A stretch of DNA of 64,000 nt from Zootoca vivipara (lineage: Eukaryota). Below the pieces are notes generated by a model. It searched no databases and was not told the origin of the DNA. It was given only the letters and a program-made list of their open reading frames with translations. The stretch is taken from contig NC_083279.1 of the NCBI RefSeq assembly GCF_963506605.1, forward strand, positions 41,850,001 through 41,914,000. Reading direction: 5' to 3'. Numbering within the stretch: the first letter of the stretch is position 1; each line of letters opens with the position of its first letter. This document shows positions 1 to 11,446 of the stretch, in pieces. A program made the translations under genes and the position numbers.

Positions 1-392
1 TGAATTTCTATGTGGGAGGATAATGAATCTTGATTTATGAACCACTAGTGAAGCACTTATTGATAGGGGCTGCTTATTAGCAAGAGATACTGGAAAAGGA
101 TACTGGAAAAAGAATAGTTTGGGAATTGACACAATTAACTATAACAGCTCCTTGGAGCTATTGTGGTGTGTGTCAGTCTATAATTAGAGGATTTAAAAAA
201 TACATTATTCATTCCAGTCTCTAATGATTCTGTCATGAGCCAGGCCCCTGCAAAAGTGCTCTTAAACTGTAAAAGTGTTTCCTTCTGATAAAATATACGA
301 ACAGAATATTATTAGTACATAGTTTAAGCCTATCTTTTCTCTGGTTTCATTAATCCTATGGGTATTGAGATAAAAATACATTGAAATGGGCA

Positions 393-605
393 TATTTATT
401 ATTAATTATTAATTATTATTATTATTATTATTTATAACATTTCTATACATGGATCACAGGGTGGTTTGCAATATAAAAACACAAAAATGCACTACAGAGT
501 AACAAACGAAAACAACCCCTGCAGATAGTCTAATTGGCCAAAGGCCTGGGATAAGAGGAATGTTTTTCTTTGGTACCTAAAGATAGGTGCCAGGTGAGCT
601 GCCCT
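393..605 (-). mobile_element. Degenerate L2-type LINE 3' end with (TAA)n tail
   Basis: (ATT)n tract followed by ...cagggtggtttgcaatataaaaac...aaggcctggg..., resembling a reverse-oriented lizard L2 3' end. Recognised by eye. Confidence 0.45.
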
Positions 606-863
606 AAGACCAACTCTGCCCTGCTGCTCACCCACCCAAGTCCCAGTGTAACAGACCTGATCAGCCTCCTCATCCACAACCAGATCATAGATGAGAGACA
701 GTCTTACTCAGAGTTGACTTGGTATTCAACAGCAGCAGCTGTAGGCCCAAAAGCTGGACAACCACAGTTCACCAGGTTAGATGAAGTGTTGACATATGTT
801 ACAGTCGCTAACTGCCTGTGCTGTCTGTACCTTACTCGACCTGCCCCACTAGGGTGCATCATT

Positions 864-896
<33 letters not shown>

Positions 897-995
897 TTAT
901 TATCTGTACCCCACCCATCTGGCTCAGTTATCCAAGCCACTGTGAGTGGCTTCCAACAGAATATTAAAAACATGATAAAACTTCCCTAAAGGGGT
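864..995 (-). mobile_element. L2-type LINE 3' terminus with (CAA)n tail
   Basis: taccccacccatctggct...ctgtgagtggcttccaaca...aaaacttccctaaa is the reverse complement of the L2 3' end at 56490-56600 in this window. (AAC)n at 864-895. Confidence 0.8.
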
Positions 996-1869
996 GCAAC
1001 TGCAATAGACGAAAAGAGCTTAAAACTTCATTTCAGCTCCCTGATATCAGGCCCTACCAACAAACCCTTTTCACACCTCACAGTCAGCCCTATTAGTAAA
1101 TGAACCTAAAAGAAGTTGTGTTTTGCTCATTTTGCATGTTGTAAACTGTAGCACATGTGCAGACATGATTTCCCCTGTCCCTGTGTGGACTGTCAGAAAT
1201 CAAGGCAGTTGCTTCTTACTGATGCAAGCACGCCCTCACATAAGATGCTCTTAATATTTACTGGTGAAGGTTTCAGGAACTACCTGTCTTTAGTATCATT
1301 TGTATGCAAACTATTTGTTCAAGGACAAGTATATTAAGATGATCAACATGAAATAGTCATTGATCTTAGCGTTATGACATTCTACATAGTCCTACCTTTT
1401 TGCCATAGCCCTAGTCACATTAGTCTGCTGCACCAACAAAAACATCAAGAGGACTGCAGACACCTTAATAGAAATGTTTTAGGACTCTGTGGTTCGAGTC
1501 CTTACAAGATTCATGCATAGAAGTCTGAGAGCAGAAGTGCTCAGGGAATATTCAGGATAAATGATGTCTTATAATAGTCATTTTTCACCAGACATTTTAG
1601 TTGGGGTGTTTGTAAAATTGACTCTTTTCCCATCTGCTGCATGTTTTTGAGGGATAAGATATGCACCGCTCATTCCCTAATGCACTTGAGTGAAGTCTTC
1701 AGCTATTAAAGGCACTCAGATTCTGGGCTTCACTGACAATTCATTGTGGTTCATTTAAAATAAATGTCATGATTCCTGTGATGACATTTTGATACAAATG
1801 CCTTGGCTAGACCTGTGTAAATTAGAAAACTCCACATATTTCATGAAAAAAGTATCCTTGATAAAATGT

Positions 1870-2340
1870 TGCCGCTTTGGAGAGGCTTTCCGCTTCGTCT
1901 GGGCCAGCTGGGTTGTAAATTATTTTTGTTCTTTCTTTGCTCTTTCCTGATTTTCTGGAAGGGATCAAATGTGATTTCCTCCTTTCTTGATCAGATTGTT
2001 CCTCCAGTTTTATAGGGCCAGGTCTTCAGTCTCCATTTGTAGCATTTGAATGTCTGCCTGGTTGTTTAGGGCTGAGTTTTTGTTTTTGTTTTTGTTTTTT
2101 GTTTTTTTTGCTTCATTGCTTTTATTAGTCAAATCTGCAATTTGCTCAGATAGAATCTCTAACGTCTGTTCAAAAGGGTCCAAGGCTGCTGCCCAATCAG
2201 AAACTAGAGCTTTCTTTATCTTGTTACTTAGCCATTTGATTATCTGTCTTCCTCCATTTCAATAACATTTTGGCATCTTTTTCTGCTCTTGTTCCTCCCT
2301 TGGACATCTCTTAATCTGAGTCCTAAAAGAAGGCTCCATC
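1870..2340 (-). mobile_element. Probable decayed L1-clade ORF1 fragment
   Basis: The minus strand reads KALVSDWAAALDPFEQTLEILSEQIADLTNKSNEAKK, then QADIQMLQMETEDLAL*NWRNNL. This resembles the ORF1p coiled coil and the 'leDLEnrsRRnNl' motif, with stops and frameshifts. Confidence 0.45.
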
Positions 2341-2944
2341 AATTTCTTCTTGAATATCAAGTTTTGCTAGATTGTTTTTTGAACCCTGATGTCCATGCCA
2401 GAACACAGATAATGCTTTAAAATCTTATGTGCTTAGAGTCTACTATGCATCAAAGTAGTCTTGTGGTGATTAGAGACACTAAACTACACTGTCACTTCTC
2501 GGCTAACCACACACCCCTACAATCCGAATTTTGACAGCAGGTGGATGGCCATCAATAGAGGGAAAAAAGGAAAGCATAAGGAGGAGGAATATCTACAAAT
2601 GTTGTTATGGATTTGTTTCAAGGATATTGGGGATAAGCCAAAGGAAGAGAGCTTTACAGAAAAATTTGAAAGAAAAGAGAGGTTTTACTACATAAACATG
2701 AATGCATAAAGATGAAGAAGATTGATCAGAATGCAAAATCCATGTCAGTTTTGTTTTCTAATGTGGCATTTTTCACATCCTTTTTTTACATTCATTCATC
2801 CATAGAATAAATACATTATTATATAAATGATTATAAATAAAACGTTGTATTCACCCATTCTCAGGGGGGAGAAAGGAAAGTATTCATTACATTAAGAAGT
2901 GTGAATATAAAATGACAGGTTGGAAATGGTGGTATTTTACTTTG

Positions 2945-3130
2945 CATAGGAGCCAACTCCTAGGGGCTGAGGTCCCTTTAGCCTTCCCAATTAAATATTT
3001 GAGGGAGCTGCCCCCCAAGGTGATGGGCACTGCCATTCAAATGGTGTGTGTGCACTGCGTCTTGTGATCAGTTATGTGGGGCAGGGCTTACCTGGGCCTC
3101 CCCAATATTTTGTTCAAGTTGGCACTCCTG
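2945..3130. mobile_element. Non-autonomous hAT-like element (MITE), degenerate
   Basis: Imperfect terminal inverted repeats (TIRs) cataggagccaact / agttggcactcctg. tttgcat occurs at both edges as a partial TSD. Confidence 0.5.
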
Positions 3131-3333
3131 TTTGCATGGTATATATACAGTATATGAGCAAAAGAACAAACCATCTTTTATTATGTATGTAGGATTATTT
3201 CATTGTAATGTGTAAAGTGTCCTGGCAGAGGATCCATACCAAGGACTTCAGTATTCCATAATTACAACTCCTGGTGTGCTAAATCAAGAGAGATATAACT
3301 ATTACTTTTTATTAAGGATCATTTGTGATAATA

Positions 3334-3337
<4 letters not shown>

Positions 3338-3385
<48 letters not shown>
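3338..3385. repeat. (TG)n microsatellite
   Basis: Read directly from the sequence. Confidence 0.98.
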
Positions 3386-3386
<1 letters not shown>

Positions 3387-4046
3387 CATGCATTGGACTT
3401 GTCATGTTAGGAATAAATGAGTTTTTTTTTAAGCCAAGCAAAGACAGAGAAACCACAATCCTCACTTATTATACAAACATTTGGCAGTTCCTGATGTCTT
3501 TAGCGAGACTGACAGACATGACAATATGCAGCAAAGCAGCAACTTGGCAAGCCACCAAAGGGAATCTTGTTCAAAGGAATAGAAGCATCACAAAGATAAT
3601 CCCTGATTTAGGTTTTGACAGGTTGGCATCTCAGCATTCTCCACTGTAGGAGCTTTTATTTGCTGACTTCAGCATAGGAGCAGTGGAAATTGGGGCATGA
3701 CTACATATCGCAACCGTGTCATTTTCAGGCTCTTAGAACAATAACTCTGATTTCTGTCTCTCCCTCTTACTCTCTCATTCTCATTCTTTCTTTCCTAAAT
3801 CTTGATGCCACAAAAGGCAACATAATATAGAAGATGATGCATCTTGCATGATCAGGTTGGCATCGTAGCATTTAATAAACGGGGTTGATGGAATTAATTT
3901 GGTCAACTGAAGCACAGGGAGGAAGACTACTAGGATTACTTTGCTTGTTCCAGTCTCTCCTTTTAAGAGGTCAGGACATTTCTTATTATCTTTATTTTAT
4001 CTGACTTTTTGGAGGGTTTCCCCCCTCCTCCATATACATATATGTA

Positions 4047-4178
4047 AAGGGAAACCAGTGACCTTCAAAATATTGCTGGAGCACGACTCCCAACACCTCT
4101 GACGGCTGGCCAAACTAACTAGGACTGATGGGGATTGCAGTCCAACAATATATGGAGGACTATGGGTTCCCTATCTTC
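4047..4178. mobile_element. Degenerate copy of the ~135-bp hAT MITE family
   Basis: ...actcccaacacc...ggactgatggggattgcagtccaacaatatatggagg... aligns by eye to 12193-12328. Confidence 0.55.
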
Positions 4179-5523
4179 TAATGTATAGTCAGTTATAAAA
4201 AAAAACCCAACAATGATATTTTTTATTAAATATATTAAATTAATTGATGCATTTGATGCAAATGTTTCCTCCTCCTCCCCCCCTGCAGGTTCCTATAACA
4301 TGCATGATGTACAATACCCATGTATTAAGGTCCTCCAGTTACTTGATAATCTGCTTTTTTGCAACACATCTGGATCAGTTTTGAGGCCCTTGGCAGGCAT
4401 TAGTTAATGTATTGATTGCTGAGTAAGTATTTTCAGACCAGTGTTACTACAATATAGGCTACAAATACAGTTATGTGTTGAAATTTGTAACAGAAAAACA
4501 CTGATCTTCAAGTGTGTTGTAAAATCAATCACCTTCGTAATCCAGGGATAGGTCTCTAGTTAGGATTATGTGTTCTATATATTAAAGGTTCCTGAATTAC
4601 ATTTGAATCTAAATTAGGGTTATAAATCTTTGGTTTCCCTCAAGTCATTTCCCATAAGTGCATAGTTAAAGTGATTATCTCTTATTTATTGCATTTTGGA
4701 ACATTTTTGAATAAGTAAGCATTCCAGCTGTTTAAAAAATGTGCCATCACCTGCGGTTTCCTCCTTGTTAGCCCTAAACCATTTGCCTCTTTGCACAGAT
4801 CCCTGCAGCTAACATTATTAATAATAAAAAGTTTACCAAGTCTGTTGAGGCTTGAAAGGCTGTGTTATAACATGGCAGGCTAGCAATTTCTTTCAAACAG
4901 ATAGCAAATACAAATGTATTTACCACAGTCCTCATTCAGAATTGTAGGTTTAACTTTAAAGGCAACCATTGTAATCTAAATGTTGATGTCATGTCGGGAG
5001 AGAGGAATTGGAGAAGAGGTGTTTAATCTTCTCCTGAATGATGCATTTATCAGTGGCTTTTCTGAGGCAGTTCAAACTGGTAGCAGCAGCTATTTTTGTG
5101 TGGTATAAATATTAAGCACCAGAAATTCTTGTTTTACACTGTGCTATGATAGCGACAGTAAGGAGATTTCAAACCTTCAAGGCTCAAGTTGACATTTCAT
5201 CTCTACAGTTATTTTATATACAAGCTTTTCTTCCTTTCCCCCTCTTGCTGTGATGTTGCCTTGTGATGATGAGATCTATGTCTTGTTTCACTGAAAGTCC
5301 CAGAGGAACAGCAGTAAAATAAATCCTATATGGTGATACTTCACCAAAAACAATCAATATGCAATATGCATTATGGTGAAACTGCACAAAGCTACACTGA
5401 ATGCTTACAGATGTGGGTAATTTGAGGGTATTTTGCATAAATAGAACTACCTAACTGGAATTGTACATCCCTTAGTGTAATAAGGGAATTATGGGAATCC
5501 CCATTCTTCAACATTGCCCTCCA

Positions 5524-5527
<4 letters not shown>

Positions 5528-5576
<49 letters not shown>
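5528..5576. repeat. (TA)n microsatellite
   Basis: Read directly from the sequence. Confidence 0.98.
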
Positions 5577-5580
<4 letters not shown>

Positions 5581-5692
5581 CCCATTTATTCCTCTGTGTA
5601 GCTCTCAATAATCTATTGTAAATCACTGTGGCAAAGGTTTCTTTTTTTAAAGAATCAAACAATTGAAAGGGAAATAAAACTGCATAGGAGCA

Positions 5693-5913
5693 AAATAAAA
5701 AAATTCTTTCCAGTAGCACCTTAGAGACCAACCACGGTAAGTTTTTTATTGGTATGAGCTTTCGTGTGCATGCACACTTCTTCAGTGTCTGAAGAAGTGT
5801 GCATGCACACGAAAGCTCATACCAATGACAAACTTAGTTGGTCTCTAAGGTGCTACTGGAAGGATTTTTTTATTTTGTTTCGACTACGGCAGACCAACAC
5901 GGCTACCTACCTA
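5693..5913 (+). mobile_element. Penelope-like element (PLE) pseudo-LTR remnant, inverted plus direct copy
   Basis: Roughly 85-bp inverted repeat centred near 5787. 10-bp flanking duplication CATAGGAGCA at 5683-5692 and 5914-5923. Same family at 29633-29772 and 43481-43668. Contains a hammerhead core, typical of PLE pLTRs. Confidence 0.8.
5785..5822 (+). ncRNA. Minimal type-I hammerhead ribozyme motif
   Basis: GUGU-CUGAAGA-A-GUGUGC AU GCACAC-GAAA-GC-UC-AUAC. Stem I is GUGU/AUAC (one G-U pair), with a CUGANGA core, 6-bp stem II, GAAA, palindromic AGCU stem III and a UC cleavage site after 5818. Confidence 0.75.
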
Positions 5914-7659
5914 CATAGGAGCAGCACTATAACAGCTTCCTCTAGTAAGTATTTGACTTTCTAAAAGTAGGCAGTGAATGATTCATGCATGGTTCCTTAT
6001 AGATATAGCTAGTTTGCATGGCATGTTGTGCCAAACATTGGCTTAGCAAGGGTGTGTGAACATGTGGGCTTCTGGAGAGGAGCTCACAGACACTTTGCTC
6101 CTTCCTGGTCCTTTTGCTTTCCCACTGCACAACTCGTGGTGAACAAGGTGAGAGTATAATCAAGAGTCCCAGTTTGCTTAGTGTGGCAGTGAAAAGGGCT
6201 GGGGAAGAGCAAAGCAGCTCATGAGCTCCTCTCTGGGACCCCATGTTCACACACACTATGTTTGGCTTAGCTTGTTGAACAAACCAGGCCAGAGTTTGTT
6301 GAGCATTTCTTCTCTGTATACTAGTGTTTCCCTCAAATAAGTTCATAGCATGTGGTATCCAAGTGAAAGAGGCAGCCATCAAGACTCAGGTGTGCACTGA
6401 CACCACTAACATTAAATTCAACACTGACCTCACCTCCTTTCATCCCCACCAAAGCATTAAATGTCACCCACAACTTTGCATTATGCAAAGAAAGTTGCCA
6501 GAATGAGAGAGGCATTTCAGGTCGGCTGTAATTCAAACATGATAGGTGACAAAGCCTACTCACAGTGCTTTAGTGACTCAGTATCACAGAAAGAAACATG
6601 TGGGAAACAGCTGCCTCATGAAAAGAAGGCTGCTATCATCATTGTCATCTTACAAAGCACACAGAATTCAGTTCAAATTTAAATGCAATGGTAAGATTAC
6701 CATATTAAGGATTCTATTTACCACTGCAAAAATAAAGTGACCCTAAATTATGGTTAGTAAATGCATTAATTTATCCCCATAATAAATTGCTTGCATGTGG
6801 TAACACTGCTCATCTGTCATAACGGCCAGCCATGAATATCCATACTGTTCAGAGTGTAGATGGAATTTTCTTTTTCAAAATAATAATAATATTGATATAG
6901 TACTTATTCTTTCAATTCTCAACACTCCTTGTTGTCAATGTGAAGCAAGCTGGTTTCTCTTTTTTTTACCAATTCTTCCAAAAATACAAATAATTCTTTC
7001 TTAGTATAGACATTATTATTCATATTATTACAGTACTGTATGCTCATATTATGTCCATATACACTTCGGGTTTCCTGAAGTAACCAGAATATAAACAGAT
7101 ATATACAACAATCCATGTAACTGTAACAAAATACTTATACTGTATGTTAATACTTTTATGCTGCAGAAATATAGTACCACATGGAGTTTCGATTCTTCTA
7201 TACATATTACACATACACTTTGCATATTTTGTGATTATGAGTTTGCATATAATTAGCTTCTTTTCTTAATGATTATGCATAAGCTGCTGAGACATAAGTC
7301 AGCGCTTAAGGCAAGAAATGGTCCGATGCAGGCAAAACTCTTATCAAGTTGAACTGCCAAATTCCATGTACAAATCCATTTTTAAAAGATTCTTCCTCTG
7401 TCCCTAGTTTAGAGGCATTGTGTCTCCGATTACTAGTTGCTGGGACTCACCAGTGGGAAGAGTGCTGTTGCATTAAATCCTGCTTTCCGCAGGCATCTGC
7501 TTGGTCACCAGAAGTGCCAGCTTGGCCCCACAACTGTCGGTGTCATGCAGTGTGCTTGGCCCTGGCACCAAAACCTGTGCATGCCCAGTCCTTCCAGGGG
7601 GAATTTTGTGGGTGCTAGGGCACCCTGGGCCCCAGGGAATTCACACCTGTGCTTATCAA

Positions 7660-7712
7660 AGTGAAAACAGGCTGCACCTTTGGCCTGATCCAGCAGATCT
7701 CTTCTTATAGTC
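7660..7712 (+). mobile_element. CR1-type 3' tail fragment
   Basis: cctttggcctgatccagcagatctcttcttat matches the tail family also seen at 22078-22142 and, reversed, at 60207-60362. Confidence 0.55.
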
Positions 7713-7828
7713 AGGAGCTTCACATGCGGCAGATTTCCTTGTGATCTGCTGCTAGTATGGAAGCTTTTTACCCAATGTGATGAATGAGTTGAGGAATATT
7801 CCCACACGGAAGCAGATTGTTACTGGGC

Positions 7829-8410
7829 CATGGGCGTAGGCAGGGGGGCAGGAGGGGGCAATTGCCCCCCCCAGAAGTAGGGCCGCTGGCCAGCCTGCCC
7901 CGCTGCCCGCCCGGTGCCGTCTCCCTTCTCCCTGGCTGTGGGGTGGGCGGAGGGAAAGCCCCAGAGCCGCACAAAGCATTTGGCTGGCTTTCCCTCCGCC
8001 CGCCCCACAGCCAGCAAGGGAGAAGGGAGACGTCCCTTCTAGCTGGCTGGCTGTGGGGCGGGCGGAGGGAAAGCCAGCCAAATGCTTTGCGCGGCTCTGG
8101 GGCTTTCCCTCCGCCCGCCCTGGCGATCGCAGAGGGGATTGGAGCAGCCCGATTTCGGGCTGATCCTGGCGCCCCCTCGCCCCTGCCGATCGTGGAGGGG
8201 GAGGAAGGAGTCGGAGCAGCCCGATTTTGGGCTGATCCTGGCGCCCCCTCGCCCCTGCTCCGACCCCCTCCTCCCCCTCCGCGATCGCCGGGGCGGGTGG
8301 AGGGAAAGCTGGCAAGGGAGAAGGGAGCTTTCCTTGCCCCGCTGTGGCCCCTCCCCCTCCCCTTGGCCCCGCCCCTTGCCCCCCTAATTTTCATCCTGGC
8401 TACGCCCCTG
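7829..8410. mobile_element. Non-autonomous hAT DNA transposon, 582 bp, GC-rich palindromic interior
   Basis: TIRs CATGGGCGTAGGCAG / CTGGCTACGCCCCTG. Perfect 8-bp TSD TACTGGGC at 7821-7828 and 8411-8418. Confidence 0.9.
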
Positions 8411-10208
8411 TACTGGGCTATTGTTCTCTATGTGTGAGAAGGCAGAATAATGAGAATAAGAGTTTACTTGGTAGACACTATGCACATGACTCTTTTCTAT
8501 GGAAATGCATCAAACTCCCAACTGAGCATTTAGAGGGAACACTGTAAGATTGCCTTTGTGAGTTTAACATTTAGCAGCTGAGATAAAGCTAGTGATATTT
8601 AATTTGATATAGCTTTTTATACTTTTATTTTATTGTATCTTTTATAATGTTAGTTCTGAAGGTTGTCCTAAGCACACATGGGCATGTTGCACCAAATAAT
8701 GTTGCACTTGACATCTTATTTGTTTGTTTTTGTCCAGTATCATTTTATTAGAACTGCAGTTATTTCAAAAGCAGTTAAGTTATAGCCACATTTTTTGCAG
8801 AAGGGCCTTGTGTCCTAGAATGGAGGGGGGGACCACCATTAGATGAAATCATCATTATCTAAAAGGCTGGCTCTTTATCATTTACCTCTAAGCCCAGGTT
8901 GTATAAAAGAAGCAGGTACAAAATAATAGTAAAATCATTCCAAGATTGGCTCTCAGCAAGTTTCTGACCTGTGATCAATAACTAACTGGAAAAAGGTTTC
9001 AGGAAAATAGTGTTTAAATTTAAAAGAAAAGAAAAGAATGATAGCTGTAATCTGCAGACTGCTTTGTGACAGGAGTTGCAATGGTTGCTGGTTTCTGTGA
9101 CAATTTGCCCTTGTATCGAATGCCTTTGGGATTTCTGCAGGGCACTGAATGATTAGCCAGTGCCCTTACCTTGTTGGAAGGGCAATTGACTTTCTTCATA
9201 GGAGCAATGGGGAGGAATTGCTTGCTCTGGCTCCATGTTAGCTTTGGACATTGTTTTGTTTTGGATTTTTAATTTGCATGGATGTAATTCCCTTGCAAAG
9301 CTTCTTTTCAAGCAGTTTGTCTCTAATATTAACCATACCAGTCTGTTCTTTATAGGGAACTCTGACACTGTAAATGTGTCATGAAATCCCCATGACTCCC
9401 GATTGAATATATATTGTGTGAATATGCCAGGATTTGGTGTGCATCTTTTAATACCCTTCCCATTTTTTTGAAGAAAGCTGATATGTTAAAGTTATGTATG
9501 GAAGGGCCAGTATTTAATGGACAGAACACATCTTCATTTGATCATAGGAATCTCCAACAACACTGGAAAATGTAGTATTCTATTATTAAATAATTCAGAA
9601 AAAATATCAAAATATACCCCTTTCAGGTGTTCCCATCTAAAGATGCACAGAAGCTAACTGTATATTAGAGAACAAGCAAAATATTTGAAAGAAAACAAAT
9701 CCAAGGGTAAGAGCACCATCTATTGGACTCTAAAGAATGGCACCCAAAGTAGCCAATCATAGCCAAAGCTGAACATCTGGAAAATGGAAAGGTGAGCAAG
9801 TTGGAAAGGAAAGGGAATATAAAGCATGGTTTAATATAGTATGTTAATTGCATACTATCAGGTTATATTTCTGACACATATTCATGCTGGAAATGCAAAT
9901 GTGGTCACTTACATAATCTATTAGAAAGACTACAGGACACATGCATCCAAAAATACCAAGTAAAAGTTATTTTCTAACAGTGGCAGTTCTGTGCATATGT
10001 ACTTGGTAGTAAATCCTATTGAGTTTAATTGGACTTATTCCCTGGAAATGTAGCCTTATTGGCTTAATAAGGGTCATTAAGTTGCGCCCAGTCAGGGACA
10101 GAGACAGTCAATAACGACACCGAGGGTTGAATCCAGAGAAATAGTTTAATCTCTATAGAGAGAGACTCTTGGTGATCACCTTCACGACAAGAGTAAAGAA
10201 AGAGGAAA

Positions 10209-10280
10209 GAAGGAAGGAAGGAAGGAAGGAAGGAAGGAAGGAAGGAAGGAAGGAAGGAAGGAAGGAAGGAAGGAAGGAAG
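10209..10280. repeat. (GAAG)n microsatellite
   Basis: Read directly from the sequence. Confidence 0.97.
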
Positions 10281-10410
10281 AAGATTCATCTGGCATGACT
10301 TGTTTTTGAGAAACTCATTAAGGGTCTTGGTAATCACAGCATCTTTTTCTAAGTGCTCACAGACCAACTATTTATTAATGTCAAGCTGACTGGTTGGTAG
10401 TTACCTGGGG
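10281..10410 (-). mobile_element. CR1 LINE ORF2 (RT N-terminal) fragment
   Basis: The minus strand gives PGNYQPVSLT, then (after an internal deletion) VCEHLEKDAVITKTLNEFLKNKSCQMNL. This matches the CR1 motif NYRPVSLT...ICEHLE....I..SQHGF.KNKSCQTNL. Confidence 0.85.
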
Positions 10411-10411
<1 letters not shown>

Positions 10412-10460
<49 letters not shown>

Positions 10461-10464
10461 TATT
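10412..10464. repeat. (ATT)n microsatellite
   Basis: Read directly from the sequence. Confidence 0.95.
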
Positions 10465-10490
10465 AACATCACTGACATTTTAGTGATTTT

Positions 10491-10648
10491 CATAAAATCA
10501 TAGACTTGTAGAGTTGGAAGGAACCCAAGGGTCATCTAGTCCAACACCCTGCAATGCAGGAATCCTGCCCACAGCTGTCCCTGGATGGGCTTGAACCACC
10601 AACCTTTTGGCTAACACCCAGACAAATGGACCCATTGTGCCACTGGGG
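10491..10648 (-). mobile_element. tRNA(Asn)-derived SINE with CR1 3' tail
   Basis: Minus-strand head CCCCAGTGGCACAATGG...GTTAGCCAAAAGGTTGGTGGTTCAAGCCCATCCAGGGAC (A box, B box, tRNA-Asn-like) joined to the CR1 tail GTTGGACTAGATGACCCTTGGGTTCCTTCCAACTCTACAAGTCTATGATT. Confidence 0.8.
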
Positions 10649-11319
10649 CATTTATGTTTACCTAAGTTAAAAAAATATTTTCATTTTAAGTCTTAACTTT
10701 GGAACACAGTAGTTATTTTTTCTGCTATGTTTAGTTATTTTTACTGCATCAATTTTATTTTCAATAGAATAGTTCTTACATTACTTTTAGCTAAATTAGG
10801 AGGTAGTTTAGTTTATATCATTGGCAAGAAACCTCACCCACAAAATATATCAACACTGAATACTTATTTTATTCAGGTGTATGGCATTATTCATAATCAG
10901 GGCACTTGAGGCATATTTAGTCCCATTATTATTAATTTGCAGTGCTTGATGTGTGTGCTACTGCCAGTGATCAAATCAATTTAAAAGAAAAGAACTGTAT
11001 GGAAAAGGTTGGTAATAATTTGGCTTTAGCACCTGTTACATATTTTGTTAATTTAGATTTTTGTGTTGTATTTTGTATTTTATTCTTAAGGTTGAACAGA
11101 AATGCACGCATGTCTTCTTAGTTCATCCTTTTGTGACCCTAGAGAAATATTCAAAGTACTGTAAGATTGATTGCTTTATCCATGAGACACCCCACAAGCT
11201 AAATTACAACACAATTTCAATTACGTTGCAATCATCCAGTCTCAATTCTGTTTTGGTTATCATCTGCTAAACCTGCCCTACTTTTTACATTTGGATACTA
11301 CTTCAATATTATTATATAA

Positions 11320-11446
11320 CAGAGCTGCGATAACTGGGGCCTCCAGATGTTGCGCTCCAGTTCCTACCAGCCCCAGTCAGCATGGCCAGGAATGATGGGA
11401 ATTGGAATCTAACAACATTTGGAGGCCCACAGGTTCCTCATCCCAG
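11320..11446. mobile_element. Degenerate hAT MITE copy
   Basis: gggcctccagatgttg...gatgggaattggaatctaacaacatttggaggccc, palindromic and the same family as 12193-12328. Confidence 0.65.

Noticed and set aside
570-989. 139-aa ORF with poly-Asn
   Set aside because: The poly-N is a (CAA)n microsatellite at an L2 tail, and the rest has no recognisable domain.
7752-8437. ORFs of 187-208 aa on both strands
   Set aside because: Low-complexity G/P/R/A-rich translations of a GC-rich non-autonomous hAT element, with no transposase motifs.
10576-10648. tRNA-Asn gene
   Set aside because: The D and anticodon stems are disrupted and it is fused to a CR1 tail, so it is a SINE head.
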